Assembly (NCBI GenBank): GCA_964351585.1
Contig: CAYGOK010000006.1
Coordinates: forward strand, 1 to 35,561
Origin: an uncultured Gammaproteobacteria bacterium
GTDB lineage: Bacteria; Patescibacteriota; Patescibacteriia; Patescibacteriales; UBA12465
DNA: 35,561 bases
Direction: 5' to 3'
Under the pieces are notes generated by a model. It was not told the DNA's origin and searched no databases. It saw nothing but the letters and a program-made list of their open reading frames with translations. Shown piece by piece: positions 33,856-35,561 of this stretch (its first letter is position 1; each line of letters begins with the position of its first letter). A program made the translations under genes and the position numbers.

Positions 33856-35148
33856 TTGCTAGCAACGACATTCCGGTTCACCGCCGGCTTTTTTCGCTTA
33901 CTTTCCAAATTATTTTTACATCCGCTGCTAATCAAGGCTTACTTTGAAGCCTTCCGTTTTCGCAAACACACCTTAAAAGATAAGTCGTCTTTTCAGTTTC
34001 TTAAAAATAATGCGGCTTATATTTCCTTATTAATCCTAAGCACTGTATTTATTACCGCAAATTTGCGAGACTATAGAGCTGCTAACACCAAAATTTCTAA
34101 AACTGTCATGGCAAGCTTAGTGCAAAACCAATTCAGCTATTTAGAAAGTGAGGAATTAATCGAGGAGACTTACACTCCTGGCAGTCTAAAAACTGCTGGC
34201 CAGGAAAAATATTATTCTGACTCTTTGGCGGTCATTCAAAAACAAAGCGGTATCGCTAAGCCAGAGGAAAATGTTCCCACTCCTCTTGTTTTAGTTAATG
34301 AAGATGCTATCTCAATAAAACCTCGCACCATTGGTTCAATCTCATCAACCGAAGAATTTATTTCTCAAAAGAGAAATAGCATTGTTTCTTACACCGTACA
34401 AAAAGGTGATACTGTCAGCACAATCGCTCGTCGTTTTGATATCACAATTAATACTATTTTATGGGCAAATAACTTAGGCTCATACAGCTTAATTAGACCA
34501 GGCGACTCTTTAATAATTTTACCAGACAGCGGAATTCTACACACCGTTAAAAGTGGTGACACTATTTCAAAGATTGCTAACACTTATGATGTTGAGGAAG
34601 AAAAAATATTGAGCAGCAACCAACTGGGTTCAACCTTGCGCATTGGCGACAAGATTATGGTTCCTGGTGGACGCAAGATTGCCGTTGCGGTCGTACCCAC
34701 TCCCGTAGCTTCTCCTGGTAGCAGCAACTCTGGGCTTGGCATTATTCGTGATTTAGTTAAAGCCCCAACTGCGCCAGCTGTTACAAGCGGTTCAAAAATG
34801 GCTTGGCCAACTGACGGTGCCCGCATTACTCAATATTATTCTTGGCGTCATACCGGCTTAGATATTGCTAATAAAACTGGCACTCCTTTATATGCCGCTG
34901 AAGCTGGCACGGTTGAATATTCCGGTTGGAATAACGGTTATGGTTATAATGTATTAATTAATCATGGTGATGGCCGTAAAACCCGTTACGCTCACGCTAG
35001 TAAATTATTTGTTGAAACCGGTGACTCGGTTAGTCGCGGGGAAAATATTGCCGCCATGGGATCAACTGGCTGGTCAACTGGACCACACATCCATTTTGAA
35101 GTTATAATTAACGGTAAGAAGCAAAATCCTCTCAATTACATAAAATAA
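33856..35148 (+). CDS. Membrane-anchored LysM (x2) / M23 family metallopeptidase (peptidoglycan endopeptidase)
   Basis: The TM helix is 'AAYISLLILSTVFITANL'. The LysM repeats are 'YTVQKGDTVSTIARRF...' and 'HTVKSGDTISKIANTY...'. The M23 motifs are 'HTGLDIA' and 'GPHIHFEV'. The start is uncertain: TTG 33856 is the first canonical start in a frame that is open from 33754. Confidence 0.85.
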   Translation: MLATTFRFTAGFFRLLSKLFLHPLLIKAYFEAFRFRKHTLKDKSSFQFLKNNAAYISLLILSTVFITANLRDYRAANTKISKTVMASLVQNQFSYLESEELIEETYTPGSLKTAGQEKYYSDSLAVIQKQSGIAKPEENVPTPLVLVNEDAISIKPRTIGSISSTEEFISQKRNSIVSYTVQKGDTVSTIARRFDITINTILWANNLGSYSLIRPGDSLIILPDSGILHTVKSGDTISKIANTYDVEEEKILSSNQLGSTLRIGDKIMVPGGRKIAVAVVPTPVASPGSSNSGLGIIRDLVKAPTAPAVTSGSKMAWPTDGARITQYYSWRHTGLDIANKTGTPLYAAEAGTVEYSGWNNGYGYNVLINHGDGRKTRYAHASKLFVETGDSVSRGENIAAMGSTGWSTGPHIHFEVIINGKKQNPLNYIK

Positions 35149-35156
35149 AAATCACT

Positions 35157-35408
35157 ATGGGACAAATCTTTAGCGGACTATTACTATTAACAGTCGGGGT
35201 TATTTTGGTAATAAAAACAGAATGGTTCCTCAATAACTTCGGAAGAATTGAATGGTTTGATGCTAATCTCGGATCTGAAGGCGGGTCACGCTTAGGCTAC
35301 AAGCTAGTCGGTATTGTTTTAATTGTTTTAGGACTCATTTTGACTACTGGTAGTGGTGATAATTTTATGGAATGGTTATTAGCTCCACTATTGAAATACA
35401 GCCGCTAG
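35157..35408 (+). CDS. Small two-TM membrane protein, function unknown
   Basis: 83 aa with an ATG 8 nt after the M23 stop. It has two hydrophobic helices, 'LLLLTVGVILVI' and 'LVGIVLIVLGLILT'. Confidence 0.5.
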   Translation: MGQIFSGLLLLTVGVILVIKTEWFLNNFGRIEWFDANLGSEGGSRLGYKLVGIVLIVLGLILTTGSGDNFMEWLLAPLLKYSR

Positions 35409-35420
35409 CACAGCCTCCTC

Positions 35421-35449
35421 TTGACCTATTAAATAGTAATTGCTAATCT
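35421..35449 (+). promoter_or_regulatory. Candidate promoter for tRNA-Ala
   Basis: TTGACC (35421-35426) is followed by a 17-nt spacer and TAATCT (35444-35449). An alternative -10, TATAAA, at 35470-35475 would start transcription at the tRNA 5' end. This is a motif match only. Confidence 0.3.
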
Positions 35450-35484
35450 TTGTTTCAGTCCACTAAATGTATAAAAACATTAGC

Positions 35485-35558
35485 GGGCCCTTAGCTCAGC
35501 TGGCTAGAGCACCTGCTTTGCAAGCAGGGGGTCAAGGGTTCGAATCCCTTAGGGTCCA
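35485..35558 (+). tRNA. tRNA-Ala (anticodon UGC)
   Basis: I folded the cloverleaf by hand. The acceptor is GGGCCCT/AGGGTCC with the G3:U70 Ala identity pair. The D-arm is gctc/gagc. The anticodon stem cctgc/gcagg has loop 'tttgcaa' (TGC). The T-arm is aaggg-ttcgaat-ccctt and the discriminator is A. The bases that follow are 'cac', so CCA is not encoded. Confidence 0.9.
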
Positions 35559-35561
35559 CAC

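Noticed and set aside
1-35561. Search by eye for CRISPR arrays, IS or transposon ends, integrases, prophage, toxin-antitoxin or known defence genes
   Set aside because: There are no direct-repeat/spacer arrays, no inverted-repeat-flanked transposase and no recombinase-like ORFs. Every ORF above ~80 aa outside shadow frames is accounted for by housekeeping, envelope or glucan functions.

Overview
35.6-kb AT-rich, very gene-dense bacterial chromosomal segment. I can support 25 protein genes from the ORF track, one unlisted 34-codon ORF, the last 9 codons of an upstream gene, one tRNA-Ala and three clear rho-independent terminators. I saw no rRNA, CRISPR array, transposase or integrase, phage genes, toxin-antitoxin pair or recognisable defence gene. 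The genetic code looks standard, because TGA ends porB and the GH57 gene at family-typical lengths.

Layout:
- (i) + strand: porB, ATGA-coupled to a Cys-rich envelope protein.
- (ii) An 11.8-kb almost gap-free minus-strand array: 503-aa and 69-aa membrane orphans, ADP-forming acetyl-CoA synthetase, DPM1-like GT2, TMTC/PMT-like GT-C with TPRs, murJ, lepA, 34-aa ORF, recJ, rnhA.
- (iii) rpoB-rpoC as an isolated unit with its own terminator.
- (iv) A 10-kb minus-strand array: yebC, ruvC, glgA, GH57, APH-fold kinase, pyruvyl transferase, ftsK, N-terminally short Mur ligase.
- (v) A monocistronic SIS-domain gene, gpmA, a LysM/M23 peptidase, a small membrane protein and tRNA-Ala(UGC).

Several features suggest a streamlined Candidate Phyla Radiation/Patescibacteria genome: POR plus ACD fermentation, a VirB2-like pilin hairpin protein, a compact RpoB, tiny intergenic gaps and few Shine-Dalgarno motifs. 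This is inference, not a database result.

Most of the window is housekeeping, and I do not see a clear-cut novel 'system'. The best leads are:
- The glgA-GH57-kinase-pyruvyl transferase cluster, which may make a modified alpha-glucan.
- The tripartite Cys6-repeat / pilin-hairpin / 3D-domain surface protein coupled to porB.
- The DPM1-like plus TMTC-like glycosylation pair, with adjacent orphan membrane proteins.
- A GpmA whose second catalytic histidine is replaced by serine.
- An FtsK with a roughly 110-aa polyacidic tail.
- A MurE-like ligase lacking the UDP-binding N-terminal domain.
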